Of a stretch of DNA of 64,000 bases, positions 1 through 17,193 are shown one piece after another. The notes below the pieces were generated by a model that saw only the letters and a program-made list of their open reading frames with translations, had not been told where the DNA came from and searched no databases. Position 1 is the stretch's first letter. Each line of letters opens with the position of its first letter. The position numbers were made by a program, and so were the translations under genes. This stretch comes from the human T2T-CHM13v2.0 reference genome, Homo sapiens: NCBI GenBank assembly GCA_009914755.4, contig CP068257.2, forward strand, positions 30,816,001-30,880,000, written 5' to 3'.

Positions 1-464
<464 letters not shown>

Positions 465-1099
465 TCATTAACAAACAGCTGCATTAGTAGTTGTTCTTTA
501 AAAAGGATCTCTCTTCAACCAGCCAAGAAACCAAGGTGTGGGAAGTTCAGTGGCATGACTCTGCCCAGCACACTGGAATGCATGAGCTTGCCTACCGGGA
601 AAGCAGCATGCCGGAAAGGGTGTGAGATTGGGAGCAGCTCATCTGTCATCTGCCTTTTGTTTAAGGACAACCTTGGCAGCTGGCTCCTGCTCCACCCCAC
701 TTCCTACCTTCATCCTGGGAGACGCCTGGTCCACAGGGCATCTTCACTCTCAGTCCTGGCATCCTTGTTTCCAGCAACCTTCTCCACCAACCTCTCCTAC
801 CTCCTTCCATGGCCACTCCTGGACATTTCCATAACCTGCAAATCCACCTTGAAATCACTCCTCAAACAACTCGTGGGCACAGCCTCCTGCCTTTCCAGCC
901 TGCTGTGTGATTCCCTCACTCTGACCTTGCTGGTCCTCATTAGGAACTCTGGTCCCTTGCGCCCCTCCCCTCTTCTGTGCTCATTTCCTTTCTTACATTT
1001 AGCTTGGAGCCCACGGTTCATCATTTTGAGCCGTCTCTTGACAATATCCCCCTTCAAACTTGTCGGACCATAACCCATGGTAAGAAATCTAATAGGTAT

Positions 1100-1360
1100 G
1101 AGCCTGGCGCAGTGGCTCACACCTGTAATCCCAGCACTTTGGGAGGCTGAGGTGGGTGGATCACTTGAGGTCAGGAGTTCCAGACCAGCCTAGCCAAAAA
1201 CAGAAATTAGCTGGGCATGGTGGCGGGCACTGTAGTCCCAGCTACTCCAGAGGCTGAGGCAGAACTGCTTGAACCAGGGAGGTGGAGGTTGCAGTCAACC
1301 AAAATCACGCCACTGCACTCCAGCCTGGGTGACAAAGGGAGACTCCGTCTCGGTGGGGGG
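1100..1360 (+). mobile_element. Alu SINE
   Basis: Dimeric Alu consensus in sense orientation (ggcgcagtggctcacacctgtaatcccagcactttgggaggc ...). Confidence 0.9.
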
Positions 1361-1689
1361 AAAAGGAAAGAAATCTAATACATACGATCTAAGGGTCATG
1401 TGCATATGTATTTATCTGTACACATACATATATGCACAAGCCTCTTTCACTTTAACTCAATCACAATTATTTAAAAATCTCTCTCTGAACATCAGTTCTT
1501 ACAGCTATGTTTCTCTTTTTTTTTTTTGATAACTTAATCACATCTGCCAAGTCCCTTTTACCATGAATGTCTGGTAACATAATCACTGATCCTGGGGATT
1601 AAGGCCTGTGGACATCTTTGGGGGCCGTTATTCTGCCTACCACATGGACCATCTTTGACTTTCTTCACTTCCACTCACTTTTCTTTTTT

Positions 1690-1988
<299 letters not shown>

Positions 1989-2610
1989 CTCCACTCACTT
2001 TTCAACCTTTTCCGAACAAGCTTCTGTCCCCATCCCCCATCCCATATGGTTTCAAAATGGTTCTTGATGGCCTCCATGTTGCTGAAACCATGGGGTTGTT
2101 CTAATTGTCCTTCTTCCTGACCTTTTGGCACTGTGGACCAAACAGAATGGGGCATGGGCAGGCACCCTGGAGGACCAGAGCATTTGGGCAGCCTGTCCTG
2201 CTGTCACCCAGCAGCCCATCCTCGTGGGACTGAGGCTGGCTACAGAAGGCATTCCGCACCCGCTTGCTCCATGAGTTATCCAGGGCTCCATGTGCCTAGG
2301 CTTTCTTTATTGTTTAAAAGTGTAGGTCAGATAACTACAGGTGAAGTTTTCTTAAACATTTTTGTTTACATATCCAAAGTGGATAACTGGGTGAGCTTTC
2401 ACAAAGTAAAGCACATGCCTGCCATCAGATCAAGGAACAGGACATGATGGCCAGCTCGCCCGAGCTCCTCGTTCTCCCCTCCCTAACGCTAGCTCCTCTC
2501 CTCCCATAGGTAATGCTATCCTGGGGCCGAGGTGATAAGGATTTTTTTTTCCTTTTAAATAGACTTAATGTGTTAGAGAAGTTCTAGGTTCATAGAAAAA
2601 TGGAGAAGAG

Positions 2611-3169
<559 letters not shown>

Positions 3170-3279
3170 TCATAATCAATAAACCTACATTGACAAATCA
3201 CTATCACCCAGAGTCCATAGTTTACATGAGGGCTCACTTTTGGTGTTGTACGTTGCATGGGTTTGGACGTATGGACAAT

Positions 3280-3918
<639 letters not shown>

Positions 3919-5524
3919 TGAAGAAGGAATTGAACTGAGTGTAGGGCAGGTTGTACTGCTGACGTGTCTTCTTTGTACTTGGAATGTGCTAGGACTGATA
4001 TACTTCAAAGTGCAAAGCACCTGAAGGATCTGGCATTAGTCAATTCTATGCACTGAGCTTCTGCCCCCAGAATACCACTCTCAGAATAAGAATATGGTAA
4101 GGCCAGTTGGATAGGTGGGGCATGGATTGGAGGCTCAGGCCACTGCACCGCACGTACAGGTCTTGATGTAAATGGTCTGGAGGAGGTCAAGTTCTGTTTA
4201 GCGGGGATAGACTATGTGACAGAGTGAAGAAAGATAATGGTCTAAACGCAGCAAAAGTTTCATTCCCACTCACGTGACAGTCTGTGGAGCAGGCAGCTCC
4301 TCTCTTCATGAACCTGGGACCCAGGTATCTTCCATCTTGTGGCTCTGCTTCTCTGGAGCCTTGTCATTTTTTTTTTTTTTCATCTAGCTACAGTGACAAG
4401 ATCTTTTGGATAAGCCATGAATATTAAACCAAAGGCAAACTCTGAAAATTGATTTGATGTGTGGTCAGCTGCTTATTTATTCCCCGGACCACAGTCCGGG
4501 GAATGCTGGGGTGATGGACAAGAAGGTTTTCATGAGGAGGCTGAAGAGATCTAAGTATAGGGGTGCCAGCCTGGGGCACTTCAGAAGGGGCACTGGCCTA
4601 GGGGTAGCATCAGGGTGACCCTGAGTTCCCTGGGGCAGGGTGTGGCTCATGACAGGGTGCTGAGAACCCACCAAGAAGGCTGGAATTTTCAGTACTCATT
4701 GTTTTATGAGGGCCTGCCTGTGTGCCAGGCGGGAAGACACTGACCAGAGGCCCAGGGCCACTGAGGGGTCTTGGCCTGGTCTCTTGGTGCCTGGGGGGTA
4801 CACTGTGCAAGCAATGATGTAGTTCCAAGGGGCAGGACTCTGACCCACACTCCTGGTGCCAATGTCCGTTTTGCCACTCATGTTAGATTTTGCTTCTCTA
4901 AGTGAACTTACTCAGGATAGCTGGGTTCTTGGCCATTCTTCCAGTGGTTTTCAAGGGTGAAAAAAGGAGTTTCAGCAAGACAGCTAACGTCTGGATGAAC
5001 GTGCCAGGAAATGTCTGTAGCCTTCCTCTAGAGAGCACTCTGGGCTGGTGGGCGTGAGGACCCCAGGGCAGGCTGGCTCAGCCCCTTTGACTTCAGATTT
5101 CAGGGAAGGCCAGGGAGCTGGATTGGGCGCCTGGATTTTCCGAGAATTATGTTTCTGAGAGGATTTTGAAACCTAAACAGGAATACTTTACACACAGGTC
5201 ATCGAGCAGGAATCGGGAAGTTCCTAAGCTGCCCTCCTTCACGCCACCTCCTCCCTTCAGAGACCAAGGGCTGCCAAGCTGTCTCCCACACACCTCAGTG
5301 AAAAGTCCCTGGCTCTCCTCCCAGCCGCCTCGCTGTGACCTCGTGAGGTGTGAGAAGGAGGAAGGGGATCTACATTCTGGATGAACCTTCCTTCCTCCTT
5401 GCCGAGAAATAGTTTAGGCCCCTGCGCCTGCTGGGCCTCAGAGCTTCTCAGAGCCCAGGGCTGAGTGTGGCTCCTGCAAGCTGCCTGGGAATTCCATGGA
5501 GTCTGACTGGCTGCCTGTCTTATT

Positions 5525-5937
5525 CACAGTCTGCTGCAACCCCTTTCCTAAGCTTGGGTGGCTGAAAACAACAGAAATTCATCCTCTCACAGTTCTGGAG
5601 GCCACAGTCTGAATCCAGGTGTTGGCAGGGCTGTGCTGCCTTTGAAGGTTCTAGGGAAGAATCCTTCCTGGCCTTTTCCAGCTTTGGGTGGTGGCCGGCA
5701 ACGCTCGGCATTCCTTGGCTTCAGGTGCATCATTCCAGCTGCAGATGGCTGTCTTCCCTCTGTGTCTCTTCTTTTCTTCTTATAAGGACACCGGTTATAT
5801 GGTGTTAAGGGCCCACCTTACTCCAGTATGTCACCAACTTAATTCATTACATCTGCAACCACCCTATTTCCAAATGTCACATTCTGGGGTTCCTGATGAA
5901 CGTGAATTTGAGGGGACATCATTCAACCCACAGCAGA
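5525..5937 (+). mobile_element. MaLR LTR, MLT1-like
   Basis: Matches the MLT1-type consensus as I recall it (ctcacagttctggaggc ... tataaggacacc ... cacattctggggt ... aatttgaggggacat ... cacagca). Confidence 0.6.
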
Positions 5938-7295
5938 GCCCCACCATCGCCTCCCTGCACCACGCCCTTGGAGCAGGCCCCTTCTCTACGCAGGGCACCC
6001 TGCCTGTCTTTCCTCTCCAGCAGCAAGACAGAGCCAAGAGTGATTTCTTGAAATGAAATTGCATCCTCTCATTCCAATAAGGCATGGCCTCACTAGTGGG
6101 AGATGAGCAAATGAAAGCCTCCCTCAGGATGGGCATCCACACATCCAGGGGACACTCACCCCGATTTTTTTCCTGGTTTATAAAGGTGCTTCAGGACTCC
6201 TTGGCTCCTGGCCAATATCTTAGTGCTTCCTGAAGGGGAAAGAGCCCTCCAAACCATTCAGTGGGCCATCCCAGACCGAGGTTTCTGACCCAGACATTGA
6301 AACAGGAGGAGTTCCCTTATCCCCCCTTGCAGGGCACGTGACAGGGGCATGGCTCGCTTCTCAGTACCCTGCTGCTCAAACCCCTAGAGGGGGCATGCAG
6401 ATGGACAGGTCGTGGGGAGCGTTTTTGGGCTCCGACCCCACAGCAGCTTGTAGAATTGGGTGTTTACAGCTCCCGAAGCCCCAGTGGGCATGTGTTACAG
6501 TGGTCTCCTTCAGTTTTGCCATCTGCAGGCGGCTTGTGTTAATCAGCTCAATTAGACCCTCTGCCTTATCACAAAGACAGATGGCTTTCTGTATCCCAGG
6601 TTCTTGCCCTAGTGTACTCGGAAAATCAGATTTCGCATGGACTTGGAGAAGGAGTGCAAGGTTTTATTGAGTGGAGGAGGTGGCTCTCGGATGGGGAGCC
6701 AGAAGGGGGATGGAGTGGGAAGGTGGTCTTCCCCTAGAGTTGGGCTGCCCAGCAGCCAGACTCTCCTCCGACCGCCCCCGACTGATTTCCACATCGCCCC
6801 GCTGTCGAAAGCCCGCCAGCATCTGCTGGTGTCTGTCAGTGTGCTCTTCTGCTTCTCTGCTCCTCTCGACGTCCAGCCACTTGTGTGTGTGCCCACTAGG
6901 GTCTTGGGTTTTTTATGGGCACAGGATGGGGGTCATGGCAGGCCAGAGTAGTCTTGGAAAATGCAACATTTGGACATGAAAACAGGAGTGCCTGTTCTCA
7001 CTAAGGTCCATGGGCACAAGCCCATGGGTGGAGCCCTCGCCAGGGACCCCACCCTTCTCTACCCAGCACTCCCCTGCCCCCCTTCCATGTCAACATGAAA
7101 GCTGACATTGGCTCCTGTGCCCCACCTCTGGGCCTGGTTTGGTGACCTCTGCACCAGAGCTGCTAGGGAGGCCCCATCCCACATGTTGTTGATTGAACAG
7201 CCCTTCCCCAGGGGAACCAACGTCCTCCTGTCCCCAAACCCATGGAGGAGTGGTGGGTTCCTGGGCCTCTAGTAACTCGACTGAATATTTTCCAG

Positions 7296-7492
7296 GTTAC
7301 CTAACCAAACTCCTGCAAAACCACACCACCTATGCCTGTGATGGGGACTATTTGAATCTACAGTGCCCTCGGCATTCTACGATAAGTGTCCAATCGGCAT
7401 TTTATGGGCAAGATTACCAAATGTGTAGTTCCCAGAAGCCTGCCTCCCAGAGGGAAGACAGCTTAACCTGTGTGGCAGCCACCACCTTCCAG
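7296..7492 (+). CDS. EVA1C: Coding exon (phase 1 at 5' end) encoding the N-part of a SUEL/Gal-lectin domain: ..GYLTKLLQNHTTYACDGDYLNLQCPRHSTISVQSAFYGQDYQMCSSQKPASQREDSLTCVAATTFQ. Presumed EVA1C exon 2
   Basis: Acceptor ttttccag|gt at 7294-7295 and donor cag|gtattg at 7493. Frame is continuous with the exon at 11581. Cys pattern is typical of rhamnose/galactose-binding lectin domains. Peptide matches EVA1C as I remember it. Confidence 0.75.
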
Positions 7493-7931
7493 GTATTGCC
7501 TTTTGTAGACATGTTAAGATGATACAGTTTCAACACACACTCTTTCTCTCTCTCTGGGTATAAATATATTTGTGATTATATAGTTCAATCCAAGCAAAAC
7601 TGATCCATGAAAAATCCCAATTTATACAGATCACCAGTTTTGTAGGTGAGCTATTATTTGCTTCTCAAAGGATTTGTTGCCCAACAAAACTAAATAGAAT
7701 TCCTACCTATTGTAGAGCCCCCTTTGTACACTTCAATATGAATTTATTTGTAGGTTTACTCCTTACTTTAGTATAGCAAAGTACAACCAGGATGGATTCC
7801 AACCTCCAGGCCCACATCTCCCATAAATACTCCTGTAGAAAGGGAAGGTAGGTTCTTTAATGGAAACCACAAGTATCTCTTTGAGGCAGACATCTGAAGT
7901 CATGACCAACTTTTTAGAAAATGTACTCAAA

Positions 7932-8310
<379 letters not shown>

Positions 8311-9003
8311 TCATTCTTGCTTGGAGCTATTTTAGGCAGCCTTTACTGACTCCTTCCTTCTACTACATAGTACCAGGAATTGGGAGAGGTGTGGTTTAAG
8401 TCATTCTTTTTGTGGTTGGCATATTTAGGGAAAGATTTGGTATAGGAGAAGGTCAAACTAATATTTCAATGATGGTTTTAGACTGTGCATGGCTTTCAAT
8501 CATCTGAGCAACTTCTACTTCACCATCCCTGGCCCCTAACATATATAACTAGTTGACCAGGATTACTGAGTCACTTGGCCTTGGATTTTTTTTTTTATGC
8601 CTCCCAAGTTCCATATGAATACATTTAAAGCAGGGAGTTTAGAGCAGGTGGAAAGTTGGAAGTCTGTTTGATTTTGTCGACCGTAGGAAATATGGATAAA
8701 GATACATTTGCTAGAACTAAGGAGAAATAAGAGTAGCTTTAATGCTGTGTAGCTCTCCCTAAGGCCCAAACAGGAGACGCAAACTAATGTGATGATGTAA
8801 GAATTTTTCTATTTCTCACACCATCCCTTGCTTCCACTCCAAGCATGGTAGTATCTGGGTATTTAGGTGATTGGTGAAACACACCAATTGAGTAGCCAAA
8901 ATGAATGTGTCTGAATGACTCCCCATGACATGGTTTCTATACCTTGAGGAGAGACAACATGTTTCTTCAGGAGACAAGAAGTTGCTTTCCCTGTGTGCTC
9001 CAC

Positions 9004-9461
9004 TGTCTTAGTCCTTTTTGTGCTGCTATAACAGTGTACCTGAGCCTGGGTAATTCATAAGGACCTGAGATTGATTTCTCACTGTTCTGAAGGTCAGGAA
9101 GTCCAAGAGCAAGGCGCCATAGGTTTGGTGTCTCTACTTCCAGGATGGCTCCTTGAACACTACATCCTCTAGGGGGTTGGAGAACGCTGGTACTCATGTG
9201 GCAGAAGAATGGAAGGGGCAAGAGAAGGAGAGAGGGCCAACTTGCCTTTTATAACAAGCCTAGTGCCACTCTAACAACCTACTCCTGAAAAAAAACAAAA
9301 AACAAACAAACAAACAAAAACAGTATTAATCCATTCATAAGGGTGAAGACCTGATGGTCTAATCACCTCTTAAAGACTCCACCTGTTAACACTGTTACTG
9401 TTAAAGCAGCAATTACATTTCAATGTGAGTTTTGGGGGGGATAAACATTCCAGCCATAGCA
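9004..9461 (+). mobile_element. MaLR LTR, THE1/MST-like; contains a short (CAAA)n run
   Basis: Starts tgtcttagtcc..tgctgctataacag..ctgggtaattcataa and ends catttcaatgtgagttttggggggataaacattccagccatagca. These are the hallmark MaLR LTR termini. Confidence 0.65.
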
Positions 9462-9752
9462 CCCACCCTACCCCTAACTCTCTCTGTTGGGCGCCACCCC
9501 AGGAGCTACATCCCTCTTGACCCACCCCCATTTCTCAGCCACCTGCCCTGGCCATCCATCCTTGGATCCCAGGCTACCTGCTGCCCTCCTGGGTGCATGA
9601 AAGGAATGTTGGCCAGTACCAACATTTTTTTAAAGTGGCTACTTTGTAAAAGTAGGAACTCTTGGCATACACTAGAGCATGGGCACCACCTGCACCATTC
9701 CACGGGTACCTGCCTCTGCCAGATACCCCTGAGGGAAGAGGATGTTCTATAA

Positions 9753-10175
<423 letters not shown>

Positions 10176-11580
10176 TTCTTTTGTGTCTTTTAAGCTGCAC
10201 TCGGAGCACAGGCAAGGTGCTTCCTCAGAGGGAGGTTGCTTAACATGGGGAGACATCCACACAGGAGACCACAGCTGATCCATCCCTTGACTGTCAGCAG
10301 CAAGTCCCCCTCTCTGCATTTTCCAGCTCATGACATAGTTTGGAAATAGCCCTGCCCTGGGGTCTGCTCTGTGGTTGTAACAGTGGAGCCCTCCGGTGAC
10401 ATCTGTGGGCCAAGTCATTTCACCATGACCTTTGGCCATGCCACATGCAGTCATCTGAAAGCTGCACCTTCTGGGGTCTGAGGGGTTTCTTGGGTATTTT
10501 TTCCTGATTGAGACACATCTGCTGGGCCCCTGAGAGAATGGGGGATACCTGGCGGGGCCAGCATTCTTCACGGAGCTATTCCACGAGCTACTATGAGAAC
10601 ATGGTGACTCAGAGAGGCTCACGTGTCTGCACTAAATTCAGACCTAAAGTAATAAGCAGATTCTTGGGAACTTTTTTTTTAACTGTACTTGATGTCCTTT
10701 TTGTTTTTGTTTTAACCAGACCCAAGTTCAGGACCTCTGTGTTTATCACAAGCAGGACTTGTTCCATTTGGGAACGAGGACCTAGAGAACAGCAGCAAAA
10801 AGCTGAGCCTTCCCAGGACCTGGAGGAGGGTGTTCTGTGAGCTTCCACAGAGCAGATGCCTTAAAAACGAAGGAGCTGTCTGGAAAAAATCAGGAGAGAG
10901 AGAGAGATTGAGATTTGCAGGAAAGCCTTTACTGCCAATGCTCAACAGAAAGTCTGAGTGTTCCACTAAGAAAACTGCTCCCCGAGGGAGAAGTGGGTCC
11001 CATCCTCTTGAGTTTGATGAGGGTGGGAATCAGCTTTGTAATTTTTATTTTTTGGCCTGTGGATGGTTCGTAAGCTGGAAAGGGTTTGGGTCCCCAAGAG
11101 CTCCCCGATGCACAGCTCTCCTGTGTCCTGTGTGGGGCTATTTAAGGATGAAAGGCCAGGACTGTGAATCCTGATGGTCACAGCTCTCTCAGCTTAAAGC
11201 TAGGGGACCCCGCTCGAAGGGGACCCTGAAGTACCCTGCACCCCAATATCTGAAAGTCCTCTGACCTCGCTTGCACCCCCTGGAGCCTCGGCACTCAGTG
11301 CCTTTGCTGAAAGTAGCAGCCGCCGCACCAGTAGTGGTGGATCAGAGGTTAGTTTTCCCAGGAGCCTGGCACTATTGGATCAGGTTTCTTTTCAGGAGAA
11401 AGAGCAGGGAGACAGGGAGCTAACCCAATCACCCACGTCTATGCTCTTTGGCCTTAGACACAGCTTGGCCAGGTGGGGAGGCGTCCTTCCCTTTGCAGAG
11501 CCCAGAGCAGCCCAGGTTCGGGTCTGGCAGTCACTGTGAGCAGTTTTCAAGCCTGTCCCTTTTCTACCCTCTCCTTCTAG

Positions 11581-11704
11581 AAGGTGCTGGACGAATGCCA
11601 GAACCAGCGGGCCTGCCACCTCCTGGTCAATAGCCGTGTTTTTGGACCTGACCTTTGTCCAGGAAGCAGTAAATACCTCCTGGTCTCCTTTAAATGCCAA
11701 CCTA
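11581..11704 (+). CDS. EVA1C: Coding exon KVLDECQNQRACHLLVNSRVFGPDLCPGSSKYLLVSFKCQP(N), the C-part of lectin domain 1. Presumed EVA1C exon 3
   Basis: Acceptor ctccttctag| at 11579-11580 and donor ccta|gtaagt at 11705. Phase 0 start is continuous with 7296-7492. The terminal residue of this exon completes codon N with the first bases of the exon at 21680. Confidence 0.75.
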
Positions 11705-12462
11705 GTAAGTAACTTCGGAGGGGGACAGTGTGTTTGGGGTGTGGTTCTCGTTTCCTTCACACTCCTGGTCAAAATTCTCTGCCCGTTGGCATTTGTCCAA
11801 CTTTGAAACTCATTAACAGACACATTGGGCTCCATCCTACCCAGTTTTTTAGAGACAGAGAGAGAAAGAAAGACAGAGAAAGAAAGAGAGAGAGATTTTG
11901 TGTGTGTGAGTCTGCACATGCCTTCATTTTCTTACAAATGCCTGAATTTTAAAAATCCTTTCCAATATGTAAAACTCAGTTGTACTGATGCTACAACTCT
12001 CAGGGGTGGTGAGAGACTGCAATTGCTGTTCCTCAAAGTGAGGAGCTGGTTCTGCGTTTCAGAGGTGTCTTGTGCTGAGATTGAGAGGCTGCCTGTTTTT
12101 CCTTGAGGCCCAGTGGCCCACTTGCCACCTGCGCCCACTGCTTCAGATCTTTAAGAACCAGCTCCTCCCGCCCTCACCCACGGCAGGGGCTCCTTGTTCC
12201 CCAGGAGAATGAGAGGGGATATGGCTGGAGCCATCTCTTTTATTCTGATTCTTGTTGTTTTCTCCATTGACTTTTGCCATTTCTAATACGCATCAGCTTT
12301 GTGATGGGCAAAAATAATCCATCTTCCGTGGGTGGGTCACACTTCCAGGAGCCAAGAGCCTGCCTGAGATAAATCATAGGTCACTGTGGCATTAGAGGTT
12401 CTTGCACACTTTGTTGCAAAGAAACGATAGCAGTGTGTTTAACCAAAAAAATGAGAAGTTAA

Positions 12463-12768
<306 letters not shown>

Positions 12769-13059
12769 TAAGCATTTTTAAACCTCCTCCCTGCCACCCA
12801 ACACAACTGTTTTCACTTTTTGCGTTTTGTTGTCTGTTAGCTCCCGCCCTGGTTCCCCGAGACCCTGGTGGCCTAGGTGCCAGACTTATGTGGGGAGAGG
12901 TCAGGCCACACTCGTACTATGGTCTCAGGTACACATGTGGGGAGAAACCCCCCCGATCTCTTCAGCAGATATGCAGGCTTCTGTCAAACCCCTTCCCTGC
13001 CAGGGCCCAGATACGTCAAAGCTGCCCTGTGTTCTTCTAACACAGCACACGCAAAGGCA

Positions 13060-13250
13060 CTCACACTCTCACAGCACATAACAGACGCTCCTCACACTCA
13101 CCTCTCATAATAGACATCATCACACACAGGCACACACTAACACAACCTTATACCCCATTATACACACTCAAACACATACAAGCTGTCACACTCACTCACA
13201 CTGTCATACATGCTCACACACACTCACATGTACAGACAATCGCAAATACC
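13060..13250. repeat. Degenerate CA-rich low-complexity tract, a decayed (CA)n / (CACTCA)n
   Basis: Run made almost only of C and A with occasional T (cacactctcacagcacataacag ... cacacactcacatgtacag). Confidence 0.7.
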
Positions 13251-13543
13251 TACAAGCAGGCCCAGCCATTCAGAACCGCCTGAACTCCCTTCGTGACCCC
13301 TCTCCACCCTCCCTCCGCCCCTAGGCATTGGGATCACCTCCTGCCTCAGTCAACAGACTCAGGAAATCACATCAAGATCTCAGTGTTCTTCCTCACTTCC
13401 CTCCAACCGCTGAATCTCACAGACGACTGTGTCATAGCCTTGAAGACACCCTTGACGGCCATTAGCTTTGCCTTCCTTTTTTTTCTGTTCTCCACTTCCC
13501 TCCTTCCATGGTGTAAAATATTGCCCTTTAAAAAGTGGCCCTT

Positions 13544-13854
<311 letters not shown>

Positions 13855-14735
13855 TCAAGATATTAACAATTGGAGACCTGAGGTGGTGGGAATATGACTG
13901 TTGGTTGTGATATTCTTTCACATTTTCTATATGTTTGAAATGTTTCATAATAAGTTGAGAAAAACCAGCCTCTAAGAGAAGTCAAATGACCTTTGTAAAA
14001 TTGACCGAACCTCGGATAAGTCAGTGCAGAGCCACAGCCCCATGACTATCGTGTGAGGTTTCATCTGGTTTATTCATATCATTTCAGCAAAGCCCCTACT
14101 TTGCACAGGAGTGGAATATGAAGAGAACTCACATCCCACAGAGATTCCCTGAGTGGCGGTTCTATCGTGGGTGGTGTCCACACCCCCTCCAGGGTATTTC
14201 TCAACCTTCCTTCACCCAGCAAGCATTCCTGAGATCTTCACACAGCTGGTTCCTTCTCCTTGTGTAATTTCCACCCCAAACAGCACCTTTCAAGAGAGGC
14301 TTTCTCTGTCCAAAAAACAACAACAAAAAACATCTTCCTCTCATCCTGCCACCCCTCTCTATCACAGCATCCTATTTTTTCTTCATAGCAGCATCATCGT
14401 TTAGATTTACCTTATTTGTGGCTTGTGTATGATTTGCACACACACTGCATCAGACTGTGAGCATGATGAGAGCAGGAACTCTGTGTGGTTCAGCATTGTT
14501 ACCCCAGAGGAACAGGTGCTTAATATGTATTCACAGAGCAAATGTTCACCCAGCAGGGGCCAGGTCCTGTGCTCAGCATTGGGGAGACACAGGTGAGCAC
14601 GTCCTCGGTAACCAGATCATCCAGTCCCGTGGGGCCTGATATTCACTGTGAGTTTCACACAAATATGTGCAAGATTCCAGGTAGGGTCAGGGCTTCATGG
14701 AGAGGCACTTGGTACTACGCAAGCAGCTCACAGAA

Positions 14736-15028
<293 letters not shown>

Positions 15029-16099
15029 CTCATAGGAGGAATTGACCTTGACTAGGGGTTCAGTGGAGTCTTTTTGGAGCAAGTGATGATGGAGCTGAGA
15101 ACTGCAGGGATGGAGGGCACAGAAAGAGTGCTCCATACGGAAGCCTGTGGCTGCGGGTTGCAGGTGCATTGGCGCAGCCAGCCACAGGGTAGGAGCACAG
15201 CACCAAGACAGGAGAGAGCACCAGCTGGGGAGCCGGAGTAGGGATCCTGAGTCCTCAGAGCCAAGGAAGGAGTTGGGGCTCTATCTATAGGGCAGCATTT
15301 AAGCAGGGAGGGTGCTGTGATGAAGTCATAAAGCCCCTCTGGCTGCCCCATAGAGAGCAGATGAGAGACAGAGCCCCTGTGTAACCTGAACACCAGAAAC
15401 CTGAGCACTGCCATTTAGGAGGTGGAAGTGAGATTGTCTCCACACCTTCCTGCCTCTTTTTCTGCATCTCTCACACCTCCTGAGGCTCTTCTTCTCAATT
15501 CCCAGTTCCAGTCTGAGCAGGACACTGTGATTGTCCAAAGGCTGCACTGCTGCACCCTGTGGTGTGCAGAGCCAGTTCTTATGATGAGAGCCAGTTATGC
15601 ACATGTCTTACCAGCTCTGCCTGTGTTCTGTGGCATCTGCCACGGTGGGAGTATTTACACCAGGGAAATGGGCAAATGCCACTGATCGGGTTTATTTGTT
15701 TGTCTTTACGGAAAGCTATTTTACCAGCAAGGCTCACCGGAACCTTCTTTTCCCTAATGTGCACTATGCTTCCTTCCTCAAAATCTCACCTCCCAAATTG
15801 CATCCCTTCAGGAAATGTAGGTTTCAGCGAGGCTTGGATTTAGGCAGTTCTGGGTTCATATTCCTTTCTGCTGCATATCGTATCTGCTGTGTGTTGGGCA
15901 GTGTAGGGACACTTTCTAGGACTCAGTTGTAACATGGGATTATGTCTCTTCTGCATAGGGCTGTTTTAAGACTGTGAAAACACAGTGTTGTATGTAACAC
16001 GCTAGCACAGGACCATGGAGTTGAGCTCAGCAGTTGGTAGCTATTATTTCAATAAGCTGATTCAAATCACTCTGCTAAAGATATGAATGACTAAAGGAT

Positions 16100-16395
<296 letters not shown>

Positions 16396-16429
16396 AAATA
16401 AATAAAAGTGACTATCTACATTTCAGCAT

Positions 16430-17100
16430 CACTATGCACTGGCAATTGTATGCAATGTCAGTAATAAAATACTCCCATCGCGGCAGATCCTTCCTCTGCC
16501 CACCTTTGAAAGGTGGCTAGTGATGTGTTGGGAACAGGCACCCCAAAATCTGGCCATAAACTGGCCCCAAAACTGGCCATAAAGAAAATCTCTGCCACAC
16601 TGTGACATGTTCGTGATGGCCATGATGCCCATGCTGGAAGGTTGTGGGTTTACTGGAATGAGGGCAAGGAACACCTGGCCCACCCAGAGTGGAAAACCAC
16701 TTAAAGGAGTTCTTAAACCACAAACAGTAGCATGAGTGATCTGTGCCTTAAGGATGTGCTCCTGCTGCAGGTAACTAGCCAGAGCCCATCCCTCTGCTTC
16801 GGCCCATCCCTTTATTTCCCATAAGGAATAGTTTTAGTTAATCTATAATCTATAGAAACAATGCTTATCACTGGCTTGCTGTGATGATTTATGTGGGTAA
16901 ATCTCTGTTCGAGGCTCTCAGCTCTGGAGGCTGTGAGACCCCTGATTTCCCACTCCACACCTCTATATTTCTGTGTGTGTGTCTTTAATTCTTCTAGCGC
17001 CACTGGTTTAGGGTCTCCCCGACCGAGCTGGTCTCGGCAGTGATGTGCTTTTGTGACTGTTGTATCGAAAAGAAGCAGAATGACCCACATAACCCTCTCA
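16430..17100. mobile_element. Possible solo LTR or other interspersed repeat, unclassified
   Basis: Internal short direct repeats (aaactggccataaa x2), TG...CA-like ends and non-genic composition. No recognisable coding content. Classification is uncertain. Confidence 0.25.
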
Positions 17101-17103
17101 TTT

Positions 17104-17193
17104 GTAGGTTGGTGCAAAAATAATCGCGGTTTTTGCCCATTGCTTTTAATGGCAAAAATCACAGTTACTTTTGCACCAACCTAATAAAATGAG
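17104..17193. mobile_element. MADE1 (Hsmar1-derived 80 bp palindromic MITE)
   Basis: taggttggtgcaaaaataatcgcggtttttgcc-loop-ggcaaaaatcacagttacttttgcaccaacctaa. Near-perfect match to the MADE1 consensus, inverted-repeat arms, TA flanks. Confidence 0.85.

Noticed and set aside
16812-17162. 116 aa ORF on the minus strand
   Set aside because: It lies within the unclassified LTR-like repeat and ends in the MADE1 element, with no homology recognised. I treat it as a repeat-derived chance ORF.
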